From: Paramecium tetraurelia
Lineage: Eukaryota
Assembly: GCA_000165425.1 (NCBI GenBank)
Contig: CT868130.1
Location: 124,001 to 188,000, forward strand
Length of the DNA stretch: 64,000 nt
Direction: 5' to 3'
Shown here piece after piece: positions 12,639-24,125 of the stretch (position 1 is the first letter of the stretch; each line of letters opens with the position of its first letter). A program made the position numbers and the translations under genes. The notes below the pieces were generated by a model. That model made no database searches. It had not been told where the DNA came from and saw only the letters and a list, made by a program, of their open reading frames with translations.

Positions 12639-14517
12639 ATGCAATCATTTAATGATTAGTAATCTCACTCTACAACCTTAGAGCCATCGAAGTAACTTAT
12701 TATACTATGTAGATCATTCAAAACTAGAGCCATCTTTGATTCCATGGAGATTTCGACTAAGTAATTCTATATGTTTGATAATGACACAGGGGAAATAATA
12801 GACCTGAGAACTTCTGAGATTGTTGAATATGAGTAAATCTAATTCTAAAAGGAAAATGCTTGGCAAGATTTTTGGAAAGAATCTCAATTGAAAACGTTGG
12901 AGCTAATTAAAGCATGCAAATAAGGTTAGTTTTCTATTGTAGAATCAACATTGCAATCTTAACACTTTGTTGATATAAATGCTAAGGATTCCAATGATCA
13001 AACATGTCTCCATTTTGCTTGTAGTTCTGGTAACTTCTAAATTGCTTATCATCTAATATAAAAAGGGAGTTTTTTGAATGAATAAGATTGCGATGGTTGT
13101 ACTCCTTTGATGATATGTGTTAAAGGCAACCTCATAGACATAGTTACCTTGTTATTATACAACAAAGCAAATGTAGACAGATAGGATTTTTCGATGAATA
13201 CTCCTCTTCATGTTGCTTTGGAGAATAATTCCTTAGAAATAATATAAATTTTGCTTAAATATAAAGCTGATCCCTATATTAAGAACGCAGACAATATCAA
13301 TGCACTTTAGTTGATATCAAATACTGAATAGTAATAAATATTCAAATAATTCGGATATGAAAAGTAATATGTTATAGAAAAACTGGTTAAAAGCACTAAG
13401 GAATCAAAAGACTAAAAGGATTCAAATTCATCCTATCGTCAAAGCATCAATAGAATAATGAAGTTTTTGGGGTAATCTGTTCCAACCAATACTTTATAAA
13501 AGTAAACTTATCAGGCAAGATAATCAGTGATTCAAATAGGAGGTCAGAATATTGGGCCGGATTCATTTACATATCACAAAGAGTTAGGTAAAGGCGCTTT
13601 TGGAATAGTTTATCTGGTTAAGAAAAAAGATGAATAAAATAGCTTATATGCAATGAAAGTATTGAGAAAAGAGAAAATAAGTTAGAAACTATTACCTTAT
13701 ATTTAAACAGAGAAATCCATCCTCTCTGTGATTGATCATCCTTTTATTGTGAAATTACATTATGCCTTTTAAACCCAACATAAGTTATTTTTAGTAATGG
13801 ATTTTTGTCCTGGGGGAGACTTAACTAAACTGTTAGATTTAAAGTCTAGATTGTCAGAGCAGGTTGCTAAAATGTACACTGCTGAGATCATCTTGGCCAT
13901 TGAAGCACTGCATCAAAATAAGATTATGTACAGAGATCTAAAACCCTAAAACATTATTATTGACAATAAAGGACATTGTATGTTAACTGATTTCGGTTTG
14001 GCTAAAACTGATATTGAAAATGAGAATACAAAATCCTTTTGTGGTACTCCTGCCTATATGGCACCAGAAGTTGTCAATAGAAAATTCTACAATCGTTCAG
14101 TTGATTGGTATCAATTGGGTACCATAACACATGAAATGCTGTTTGGTATGCCTCCGTATTATAGTCACAACAGAGAAGAATTATTTGAGAATATCAAAAA
14201 TAAATAACTTAAATTTCCTTAAAATAATCTATCAAAAGAGGCTCTTTCATTCATTTAATAAGTAACTATACATCTATTTTCAGTTATTAGAGAGAAATCC
14301 TACAAAGAGACTTGGCGCAAAGAAGGACTCAGAAGAAGTTAAGGCTCATCCTTGGTTTTCAGACATCAATTGGGATTTGGCAATCAATAAAAAATTACCA
14401 GTTCCCATGCCGAGCATTATGAATCAAGCCAATCAGACTCTGCAAGTGAATTTTGATGAAGATTCTATAATCCAATAGAGAAAAGCAGTAGATAATTGGA
14501 CTTTTATTTCTGATTGA
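12639..14517 (+). CDS. Ankyrin-repeat AGC-family Ser/Thr protein kinase
   Basis: Ankyrin motifs (TCLHFACSSG, TPLMICVKGN, TPLHVALENN), then LGKGAFGIV, YAMKVL, YRDLKPQN, DFGLAK, SFCGTPAYMAPE and an AGC tail ending VDNWTFISD*. Introns near 12692 and 14262. Confidence 0.93.
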
Positions 14518-14537
14518 TTATATATATAAATTAAACT

Positions 14538-14645
14538 ATGGAATATGAAATTATGCTGCTATGCAACACTTTGGGAATTGGAATTGTTGTGATGATAATC
14601 CTCTATCATTTAGTTGGTACCAAAGCAGATAAGAATACATATTGA
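14538..14645 (+). CDS. OST4: Oligosaccharyltransferase subunit OST4-like microprotein (35 aa)
   Basis: MEYEIMLLCNTLGIGIVVMIILYHLVGTKADKNTY matches the OST4 pattern N-x-L-G...hydrophobic...L-Y-H-x-V and the size of known OST4 proteins. Confidence 0.8.
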   Translation: MEYEIMLLCNTLGIGIVVMIILYHLVGTKADKNTY

Positions 14646-14652
14646 TTAATAT

Positions 14653-15260
14653 TCATATTTCGTGTCCAAGCCTTACCTTATGATGTCCCTTTGTAAATAT
14701 AAATTATGAACTCTGATTTCGTTATTCAAGCTTCTTTTATGACTAATTCAATAAATTGTTGATTGAATCCAAAGTCCCCAAACTCCCATCATGTCTCATC
14801 TAATCACCCCATAAAAATGAAGCTGTTTCTAATGCTTTGTGCAATTTATGTTACAATACTAAATTATATAGATCCATAGAAATACAGTTTTTGTTAATTG
14901 GGTCTATCCTTTCCATTCTTGCTTAGTATTTTTTAACATCATCAATTTGAGAAAACTGATTTTATATTATGTAACTATACCATTCCTTGTATGTCTAACT
15001 TCTTCTGATTTCCTGAAGGAAAATATTCAAATTTATTTAACTTGCTTAAGAAATCCTATTTCTTGCTTTGGTTTTTTTCTGCATGTTATTTTTACATTTA
15101 ATAGAATGGAGTTTGTTCAATTCCAATTCCTGGAAATCTCACATACTAACTCTTAAAAGCTGATAGTTACTTCCTTGTTTTTTCCAGATTCATTTATTTT
15201 TTCCCAAACTTCCTTTGTTCCATAAGCTTTGAAAGGGTTAATTTGTTCCTTTTAATTCAT
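14653..15260 (-). CDS. Hypothetical protein
   Basis: MNQKEQINPFKAYGTKEVWEKINESGK...RLGHEI*; coding-like composition with probable tiny introns. Confidence 0.5.
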
Positions 15261-15760
15261 TTATAATATGTTATAATATAATTCTCGAAACTAGAATAAA
15301 ATCCTTAACTCTGCTTTATTATTATTATGAACCATAATATTCGATGACCTACATCAGCGTATCGATCCCTTATTATGTTTTTACATGGATACAATCATCT
15401 GTATCCATTAAATTATAAAGAATAATAATATTTTGATAAAATTGAAATCTACATGAAGAGTTATCAACTTAAAGGTGAGATTAGCATAAATGTTTAACTT
15501 TAAACTTTGATGTTTAATCCTTTCTCTAGAATGAATCAAAATATTTTGTCTTGAACTGGTGCTAACTAAATTGCATTTATAGTAAATTTAAAGTAATTTT
15601 AGGAAAGACTAGAAACGATATTTATTGATAACTTTATAATAAATAAATAAATCCTTTTCATCAGAATTTAAGAGGGAGGTTTTATCTCTTACAGTAAAAA
15701 CACTGAATTAATGATAAAATGAATTTAAAGATATGTCAAATAAATTCATTAATAATTAGA

Positions 15761-16263
15761 ATGGATGAATATGATGAGTTTTCTGATAACTCCATTGAGA
15801 TTGTTCTCAATCAGTTTTAGGGAAAAGCTTCACATCAAATAGAAGAGAATATTACTATGTACTTAAAAAATCTGGGACTTAAAATGAAAACTAATCCTTT
15901 GAGAAAATAATTTAAATATGAGAAAGAAAACAACTAAATTATTGATATTCTGACTTCAAGGACCCTGTCTTCTTATGGTAACACTTTGAAGGAAACGGAG
16001 ATCGATTATTGTTAAAAAATTAGATAAAACCCTCTCTTCCTGAGGAGTAAAAAATAAACCTAATAATTGGCAATTATGAATCAAATATGAAGTTTATATA
16101 TGATAGATATTTAAAGACTTTGTTTTTCATAGCATTTATAACTTATTTAGTATGTTTCATTGTATTAAGGTTTGCATTGCATTCTCAATCAGTTTTTTCA
16201 TAATATATTATTTTTATGATGTACTTTCAGTGGAAGTTGTACGAACAAATGAATGAAACTTGA
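15761..16263 (+). CDS. Hypothetical protein with C-terminal hydrophobic segments
   Basis: MDEYDEFSDNSIEIVLNQF...; the hydrophobic LFFIAFITYLVCFIVL segment is in another frame, so an intron or indel is needed. Confidence 0.4.
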
Positions 16264-16451
16264 AGAAATAATATTTAAGGAAGATGTTACTTTATTTATA
16301 CAAGCAGCCTCATCCATATTTATTTAATTTTGCAAGAAAATCTAAGTAGAAAAATACTGTTTATGATCCATAGTTCTCAAATTTGAAAGGAACCAAATAA
16401 GAAGGGTTTAAACTAATAGAAAAGTCTCAACTATATATTTCTAAAATAATT

Positions 16452-16973
16452 TCAATTTTAAATAGAGTAAAATGCTTAAACTTTAATAACTGATAAATTT
16501 CCATTAAAACCAGATCCTCCTCTATTGTAAATTCTAATCTTATCAACTAATTGATCCTCAAACTTAATTCTTATGAATCCTGCAAATGAGGCATTTTCAT
16601 AAATCTTTATTTCATTTTCTTCGAAGCTAATGTAAACTTCAAAATCATAATGGGATGTATCAAGACGATCCCAAATCTAAATAACAACAGTGTTGATTTC
16701 ATATTTCTTGTTCAAAAAGATTTCGATTGATTTATGAAGAGGACAATATGAGTACCCATTTGATGAATTCACATAATAAATAGCGTCTCGATTTATTAAA
16801 GAATTCAATTGGCCACCATAGAAATATGTATTTTTACGACTTATTAAATTAATCTATTTAAAACTAACCACATCCTTATAGTATCCTCTTAAGATTCTGG
16901 CTTTTTTTTGCATCTAATTTAAAGTACAGCAATTAACAAAAACAAGGATTGAGAATAGAACTTTATAAATCAT
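16452..16973 (-). CDS. Small secreted protein with galactose-binding/discoidin-like beta-sandwich (BTBD9 C-terminal-like)
   Basis: Signal-peptide-like MIYKVLFSILVFVNC; core YEINTVVIQIWDRLDTSHYDFEVYI...FEDQLVDKIRIYNRGGSGFNGNLSVIKVQAFY. Confidence 0.65.
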
Positions 16974-17735
16974 AATGAAATTTAATTATTAAAGAGTAAA
17001 AATCTAAATAGTTTAACAAATCATTGTGTTCTTAAATCAAAACCAAGTTGAGACTTAATAATCAAGTAATCGATTATATTAATGATTCATAAAACATGAT
17101 ATTATCATTCCGTTCGCTTTGGTTTAGAAAATGTCTAATATATAATTGACAATGATTTCGGTCTATTCTTTTACTATTGGTTTGAAATATCAAAGCATCT
17201 AGTCGTTTTTATATCAATTGCAATAGAATATATATATAATTAGAGCTAAACGGTTTACTTATTATGAAAAGTTTTGTTACCGATGGAGATCTATTTAGCA
17301 ACTACTTAAGTGAATAAGTCAAGTTTTTCATTATGTGATTTGATATTGAAGCAGAATATTTGGCTATTCAATTGAGTTTGAAAATCCTTGAGTATGATGA
17401 CAAAATTTTGAAATGCAACTTAATAATTAATTATTTATTTAAAATCTATTAAAAATTAAGTGTAAAATTCAATTAGTTGCTATGCTTCTTTTCAGGCAAG
17501 TATTAGCTTTAATATTAATTAGTTAATGTTTAAGGATCTATTGAAGGTTACTCTGATCGTATATCACCGCTTGAACAGAATTTATTTGTCATATTTGATA
17601 TTGGAGTTCAAAATTTAGAATAAGGTTTCCACATTGAGCTATTCCTTAAACAAATTTAGAATGAAATGATTTTATGATTATGTAGTGTAAGAAGAATGAA
17701 ATAGGGATTGTTTAATATTATTAATCATTAAATAA

Positions 17736-18609
17736 TCATTGCTATTACTTCTGATCTTTTATTATATTTCGCAATTCTTCAGATTGTTTTTTCCAATTTG
17801 GATCTAGAGGAGCTTTGCCCTATTTCTTTTATAATTGCTTCTCCTTTATTTAACCTTGTCGCATTAATTTTTATTAATCATTTGAAACTATTCTTGCTTA
17901 TTTGGAGTTGAATTCTTATCTTTTCTATTGAAAAACTTGTTTGCACACTTTAGTATGCTTTTCTAAAACATCCTATTTAAATTGTCTTCCACAACCCTCA
18001 GGACAAAGCACTAATTCTAGATCTTCAATTGGTTCAGCTTCCTCTAATTGTATTACCATATTGAATACCAAGTTATTATTGCACTTTGGTTTGATCTGCC
18101 ACTGCTAATTTATTTTCAATGGGATTTTTTGACCCTAATAATGCTGCTTCTCGTTTATTCTGATTACCAATAGAAGGCATATAGGAATCTGATTAAGTTT
18201 GTTTACCCTAGTAAACTTCTTTTTTTTCTTAAGTTTATTAGACTTCCTTCTTTTCGACTTAGATTTATTTCCTAAATAACTCCTCCTGTCCAGGTAAGTA
18301 AAGTCCTTGATTGAGAGGAGCTGTATTTTTCTTTTCGTCTGATCGTTAGATTCTATCCTTAAGAGGTACTTTCTCTTGAAACGTCCCTGTTTTAAAGAAT
18401 TCATCATTAGTGCTTGTTAACTAAGTTTCTTATTCTAGTGGTTGAGTGGAACGGTTGCGAATATTGAAAGATGGTTTGCTGGCAAAATTGGGTTTCGAAT
18501 TGATAACAGTAGAATCTGATTTTTATGTGCCCTCTAAAGACAAAGCTTATTCTTATTTTTTAAATGATCCAGAAGTGCTATCCATCTTTAAATTGGGCTT
18601 ATAATTCAT
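17736..18609 (-). CDS. ZC2HC1/FAM164-type C2HC zinc-finger protein
   Basis: LVLCPEGCGRQFKQDVLEKHTKVCKQVFQQKRQEFNSKQAR and WKKQSEELR after a 25-nt intron. Confidence 0.85.
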
Positions 18610-19163
18610 TTTTTATTTTTTATTATATACTTATAATACTTTCATAAAAAATAATGGTTTCGAAATTAATTCAATCTTAACTTTTAATAAATAAATTCAT
18701 TAAGTCTTTTTAATAATAATGTTTATAATCAATTTAAGGTAAGTATTGATAACAAATATTGTATATCAATCGTTTTGCATAATATTTGAAATAAGAATTT
18801 AACTTATCTTATCAATTTCAAATAGTTAGTGTAATTAAATTAAAATTCTAAAATTATAGTTATATATTTTCTTTAAATAAGTGGAATATAGATTGATGAT
18901 TGGAGAAGAATCTAGCATAGACTAGAAATTTACTATCAATAATAAAGATAATTGATTCTAAATATAATTATGTTAGTTTATATATCTAACTAAACTCTTA
19001 TAAAGATATAAGCATTTCATTAAGATATCTTTGAAATCAGTATTGAAAATAAATTGATGATAAAAGAAAGTAAAATTACTAACAACAAACTTGAAGTTGA
19101 TTGAAAATATTAAGTTTATTCAATGGAGGAGAAAAAATTAAATTAAATTAAATTAATATTATT

Positions 19164-22100
19164 ATGATATTAGACGCTACATAGAGAACTGAGCCATATA
19201 CTATGAGTTTCAGAGTATCAAAGGAGTAACTTTGTTAAGTGGCTTATGCATGTCAAGAGAGGACATTCACAGAAGAGATAGATAAATTAGAAGAACTGGG
19301 AGGGCAAGAATTTCTAGAGGTTCATGATAGTTTAATTTTAGATGGCTTTATGTTCCAATTATAAAGATGGATTACAATTAAATGATTGGAGTTAGAGGGA
19401 ACTGAATTTCGGACATAATCGTAAACCACTAATACTTCCTAAGTCTTATTTTCAATTATTATGGGGTGCTTTGGAAGACTTTACTATGCGAATCTTGTGT
19501 TTGGCAGCCTTGGTGAGTATTGCAGTAGATGTTGCAACGGCATCCTCAGATTACCGTGCTTATGCATGGATAGAGGGTAAAACTATTGAAATTTAAGAGA
19601 GTAGGCTTTGCAATTCTGGTAGCAGTGATAATATCAACAAATGCTAATGCAATTAATGATTATTAAAAGGAAAAATAGTTTCAGAAGTTAAATGAAGTGG
19701 CAGATGAGCGAAAAAGAGTTACAGTAATAAGAAATGGATAGAAATGTGATATTCATATGAGTGAAGTAATGGTTGGAGACGTTGTGATGATATTCGAAGG
19801 AATGGAAATACCAGCTGATGGTCTAGTGCTTGAAGCCTCCGATCTTACAACTGATGAGTCAGCAATGACAGGAGAAACTGATCCCATTAAAAAGAACACA
19901 TTAGACTATTGCATTGTTAAAAGGAATTAAACTGACTCTGCAACAGCTGGCCATCATGAAGTCCCATCGCCTATTATGATGAGTGGTACAAGGGTCTTGA
20001 CAGGAGAAGGTAAGATGGTTATTTTAGTGGTTGGAGATTTGTCATGTGCAGGCAAAATTAGTGCTTTACTTCGCTAAGACGAACAAGAAGGTAATTCCAA
20101 TATAATATCTAATTAGCTACTCCTCTATAGGTTAAATTAGCCGCTATTGCTGAGGATATAGGGAAATTTGGACTGTACAGTGCAATAATAATTGTGATCG
20201 TTATGTGCATTAGATTTGCAGTTGAGAAGTCATAAGTTGAATGGGAAAACAAGTATATTGTAGAGATAGTCAATTTCTTTATTATTGGAATCACAGTCAT
20301 TGTGGTTGCCATTCCTGAAGGTTTACCCTTAGCAGTTACTCTCTCATTAGCATATTCAACCAAATAGATGTTGAGAGATTAAAATCTAGTCAGAAAAATG
20401 GCAGCATGTGAAACTATGGGGGGAGCATCTATGATATGTTCTGATAAAACTGGAACTTTAACTTAGAATAAGATGACTCTTGTTAATATTTGGAATGATA
20501 ACCTTAATTGAATTGGAAACTTATTAAACATGTGTTTTGACTGACTATCTCCCTTAATAATTGGCAGATATTTTTATATAATCAGCCATTGTAAATTCAA
20601 GTGCAATGCTTAGACCAGAAACCTAAGGATCTAAGACTGAAATATCATTCCTAGAATTTATGGATAGATGTCAAAAACCATATGAAGAATTTAGAGATAA
20701 ATATCCTCTTATAGTTAAATATCCATTTAGTAGTTAAAGAAAGAGAATGTCTATGATTTTAGATGTTGGAGGATAGCAAAGATTAGTATGCAAAGGAGCT
20801 TCAGAAATGGTATTAGCTGCATGTACTTAATATCATTCAAAATCCAATGGAGTCACAACAATCAATTCTAAAGTGGTTGAAGATGCTATAGAGAGTATGG
20901 CTAAGAAAGCTTTAAGGACAATATGCTTGGCATATAAAAATATTTCAAATAGTGCTGATTTGACAAGCAAAGATGATAAAGGTGTATATAATATTGAATA
21001 AAATGATTTGATTCTATTAGCAGTCTTAGGCATTAAAGACATTATAAGATAAGAAGTGCCTAGAGCTATCTAATTATGTAAGAAAGCAGGAATCAAAGTC
21101 AGAATGGTTACTGGGGATAATATAACAACAGCAAGGGCCATAGCAAATGAATGTGGAATCATTACGAATCCTGAAGATAGCATTGTAATGGAAGGACCTG
21201 AATTCGTTAGAAGAATTGGAGGAGTCGTTTGTAAGAATTGTCATCCAGGAAATTGTAATTGTGTTAGGGATAGTCAGACTGCTTAAAAGGAAGGCAAAAG
21301 GTTAAGGATTGACACTATAGGCAAATCCTGAAGAATTTGATAAGATCTATCCAAATCTTGATGTTTTGGCTCGCAGTAGACCAGAGGATAAATATGCATT
21401 AGTAACTGGTTTGATTGAAAGAGATCATGTGGTTGCTGTGACTGGGGATGGAACAAACGATGCTCCAGCTCTAAAAAAAGCAGATGTCGGATTTGCAATG
21501 GGAGTATCAGGAACTGAAGTAGCTAGAGAAGCTGCAGCTATTATTTTGTTGGATGACAATTTCAATTCAATAGTTAAGGCTGTTATGTGGGGTAGAAATG
21601 TGTACGATAACATAAAGAAGTTTCTTAGATTCTAATTGACTGCTAATCTAGTGAGTGTTTCATTGACTTTAATCGGAGCTGCAGTACTCAGATAGGAAGT
21701 TCTAAGACCAATTCAATTGCTATGGGTCAATTTAATTATGGACACATTAGGTTCACTGGCCTTGGCAACTGAACCTCCATCTGAGAAACTGTTGAATCGA
21801 AAACCTCATGATAGAAATGAATACATAATATCAAAAAAGATGTTTAAATTTATAGTAGGAACAGCTCTCATTCAAGTGGGAGTTGTACTTGTCATAGTGT
21901 TTTTAGGTGATAAATTTCTACCTGAATATGAAGATGCTTATGATACAACTGTATTTAGTGGTCCAAAAATAAGGTTTAAATATAGTAATCACAATTGCAT
22001 TACAGATTTTGAATCATTAAAATAATTGGGATTAACTAAATTAAATGAAACATCCTCAACTGACAATCCAGATGATTCTGATAAATGTTTAAAAACTAAA

Positions 22101-22713
22101 TGTGTATGTTCAAATGATGAATGCTATGAAATTTAATGTCCTCCTTGTCTTTATAATGAAGACTCATGTTCAATTGTGGCTAGTGGAAGATTAATGACTG
22201 TTCAAGGTGACTATGACTATTACATTATGTACAACATAGAACATGAAGGAAGTAGACATGTAATTATTATTATAATCTAATTTTTAGTTTACTTATGTGT
22301 TTAATGTATTTATCATGTTGCAATTGTTTAATTTCTTGAATAGTAGAAGAATAACTGATGAAATCAATTTCCTTGATAATATAAGCAATCACTCTGCTTT
22401 CCTCATTATAGTTCCATTCATCTTCTGCATTTAAGTGTTGATGGTTACTTTTGGATCTGCAGCCATTGGATTGTATGGTTGTTATGGTTTATAAATAAAA
22501 TAATGGTTGATTGGAATTGGATTTGGTAGTATCTCATTATTAGGATGCTTTATTCTCAAATTCATCCCTGAAGACAATTTTTGTAGTTAAATTGGATCCC
22601 AAAAGATTTTTCCTGTCTAACAAGAAGTCAAAATCTCGACATAAAGAGTTGAATAAACTCCTAATACACTTAACAAACATTATAACTCAATATCGAGAGA
22701 TCCAGAGAATTGA
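19164..22713 (+). CDS. Plasma-membrane Ca2+-ATPase (P-type IIB, PMCA); two apparent +1 frameshifts
   Basis: [73 protein letters not shown]. Introns near 19320, 19577, 20091 and 22260; extra bases near 20501 and 21320. Confidence 0.97.
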
Positions 22714-22732
22714 ATATATATTATTTTAATTA

Positions 22733-23980
22733 ATGAATCTACTCAAAAAAGCAACGACTGTTATTTGTTCTGTTTAAGAACATTCAGAAGTTGATTAAAA
22801 GATTATCCATCTCTGTCTTGACTCTAAGTGTTAGATTTCCAATGAAAGGCATTGTGTGGTCTATGTCTTGGAGAGGAGCATTATGGTCATAAATCAATCA
22901 ATCTATCTACTTTGGACACTCTGATTAAGAATGAATGTAATCGAGAAATCAAGCAATACAATTAGAAGAACAAAGAGTTGACAGATTCTATTTAGATGAG
23001 CATAAATGCAATTCTGAACAAAGTTAGATTACTTCAAGATCAGATATCATAGTATGCTAATTAGGAGATGTAGGAGAGTAAGGTAGGCATATTAAAACGG
23101 AAATACATTGACTAGCCAAATCTAACAGAAAAAGATTATGAATAATTAGCAAAAGATGTTTGTGCTATTATCCATTACAATAATGGTATACCTGACTTTA
23201 AACCAATCGATTATGAACCAAATGATAAATTTTAGGGTCTTGCATAAAAGTTGATTTTTGATGCAACCCTCTTTTGCAAAGATATCTCTCTTATTACAAA
23301 ATCTAGCATTGTTCACTAAAGCTTTACAGAACAAATACAGGATTTGTTGTATTAGATTAATAGCATAACTAATTTGATTGAGAAACCATTGAGTTATTTG
23401 ATGCAAAGTCGTCGAATCTTTCCAAATGATAAAAGTGAAACTTAATCTATGCAAAGAATCGATTTCGATTAATAGAGTGTAATCGGTACAATGAATCAGT
23501 CACCCTTTTGCATTTAGAAATAAGTTAGGTTCAGTACTTTAGAAATGAAAGGGTTTACTAAAGTCTATGACGAATTATTCAACAAGCCATTCACTTAGAC
23601 ACATATCGAATTGATAAAGCAAAGATGCACTGCTTAATCTTAAATATGCATCGGAGGAGTCAGTGTAAATGATCCAGATTAATTTATATTATGTGCAACC
23701 GATTATGCATCGGAGTTTTACACTGAAAACCTAAGACTTAAAGCTGGCTAGGAGGAGTCGTAATGGGGAAATATATTGGGTATTATGGTTCGGAATCGCT
23801 GTATTGGTTTCAGTCCTATGAGCAAAGTGGATTTAAAGATATCCAGATGTGGATAATGAAGAGGGTGATTAAAGGTTCTCTTTGTGGTTGTTTCATGGAT
23901 AGGGAGGGTATAGAATTGGAAGATTAGAGAGTTTAGAATAAAGCGTTGAATATAAATGTGTGATTTATTTAAAGAAATGA
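22733..23980 (+). CDS. Hypothetical protein: N-terminal Zn-binding motif, coiled coil, C-terminal globular domain; several frameshifts
   Basis: ICSVQEH...LCLDSKC...LCGLCLGEEHYGH; C-terminal CIGGVSVNDPDQFILCATDYASEF...GGYRIGRLESLEQSVEYKCVIYLKK*. Confidence 0.6.
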
Positions 23981-24125
23981 TATTATATTAAAATATAAAT
24001 GAAAAACTATGTGAGTTGAATGCAGAGCAAGGGTGTATTATGGAATTAGGCAAAATGAGTTTTTCTCTAATAAGATTGACATAAATAACAGTTAATATTT
24101 TAATTTTTGAATTTATTTTACAGAA

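Noticed and set aside
18135..18407. Lys-rich 90-aa ORF overlapping the C2HC gene as a possible dual-coding region
   Set aside because: It is an alternative frame of a Q/E/K-rich exon; long open alternative frames are common in such A-rich sequence.
20109..21613. Minus-strand ORFs opposite the PMCA
   Set aside because: Antisense shadows of a conserved plus-strand gene with no independent features.
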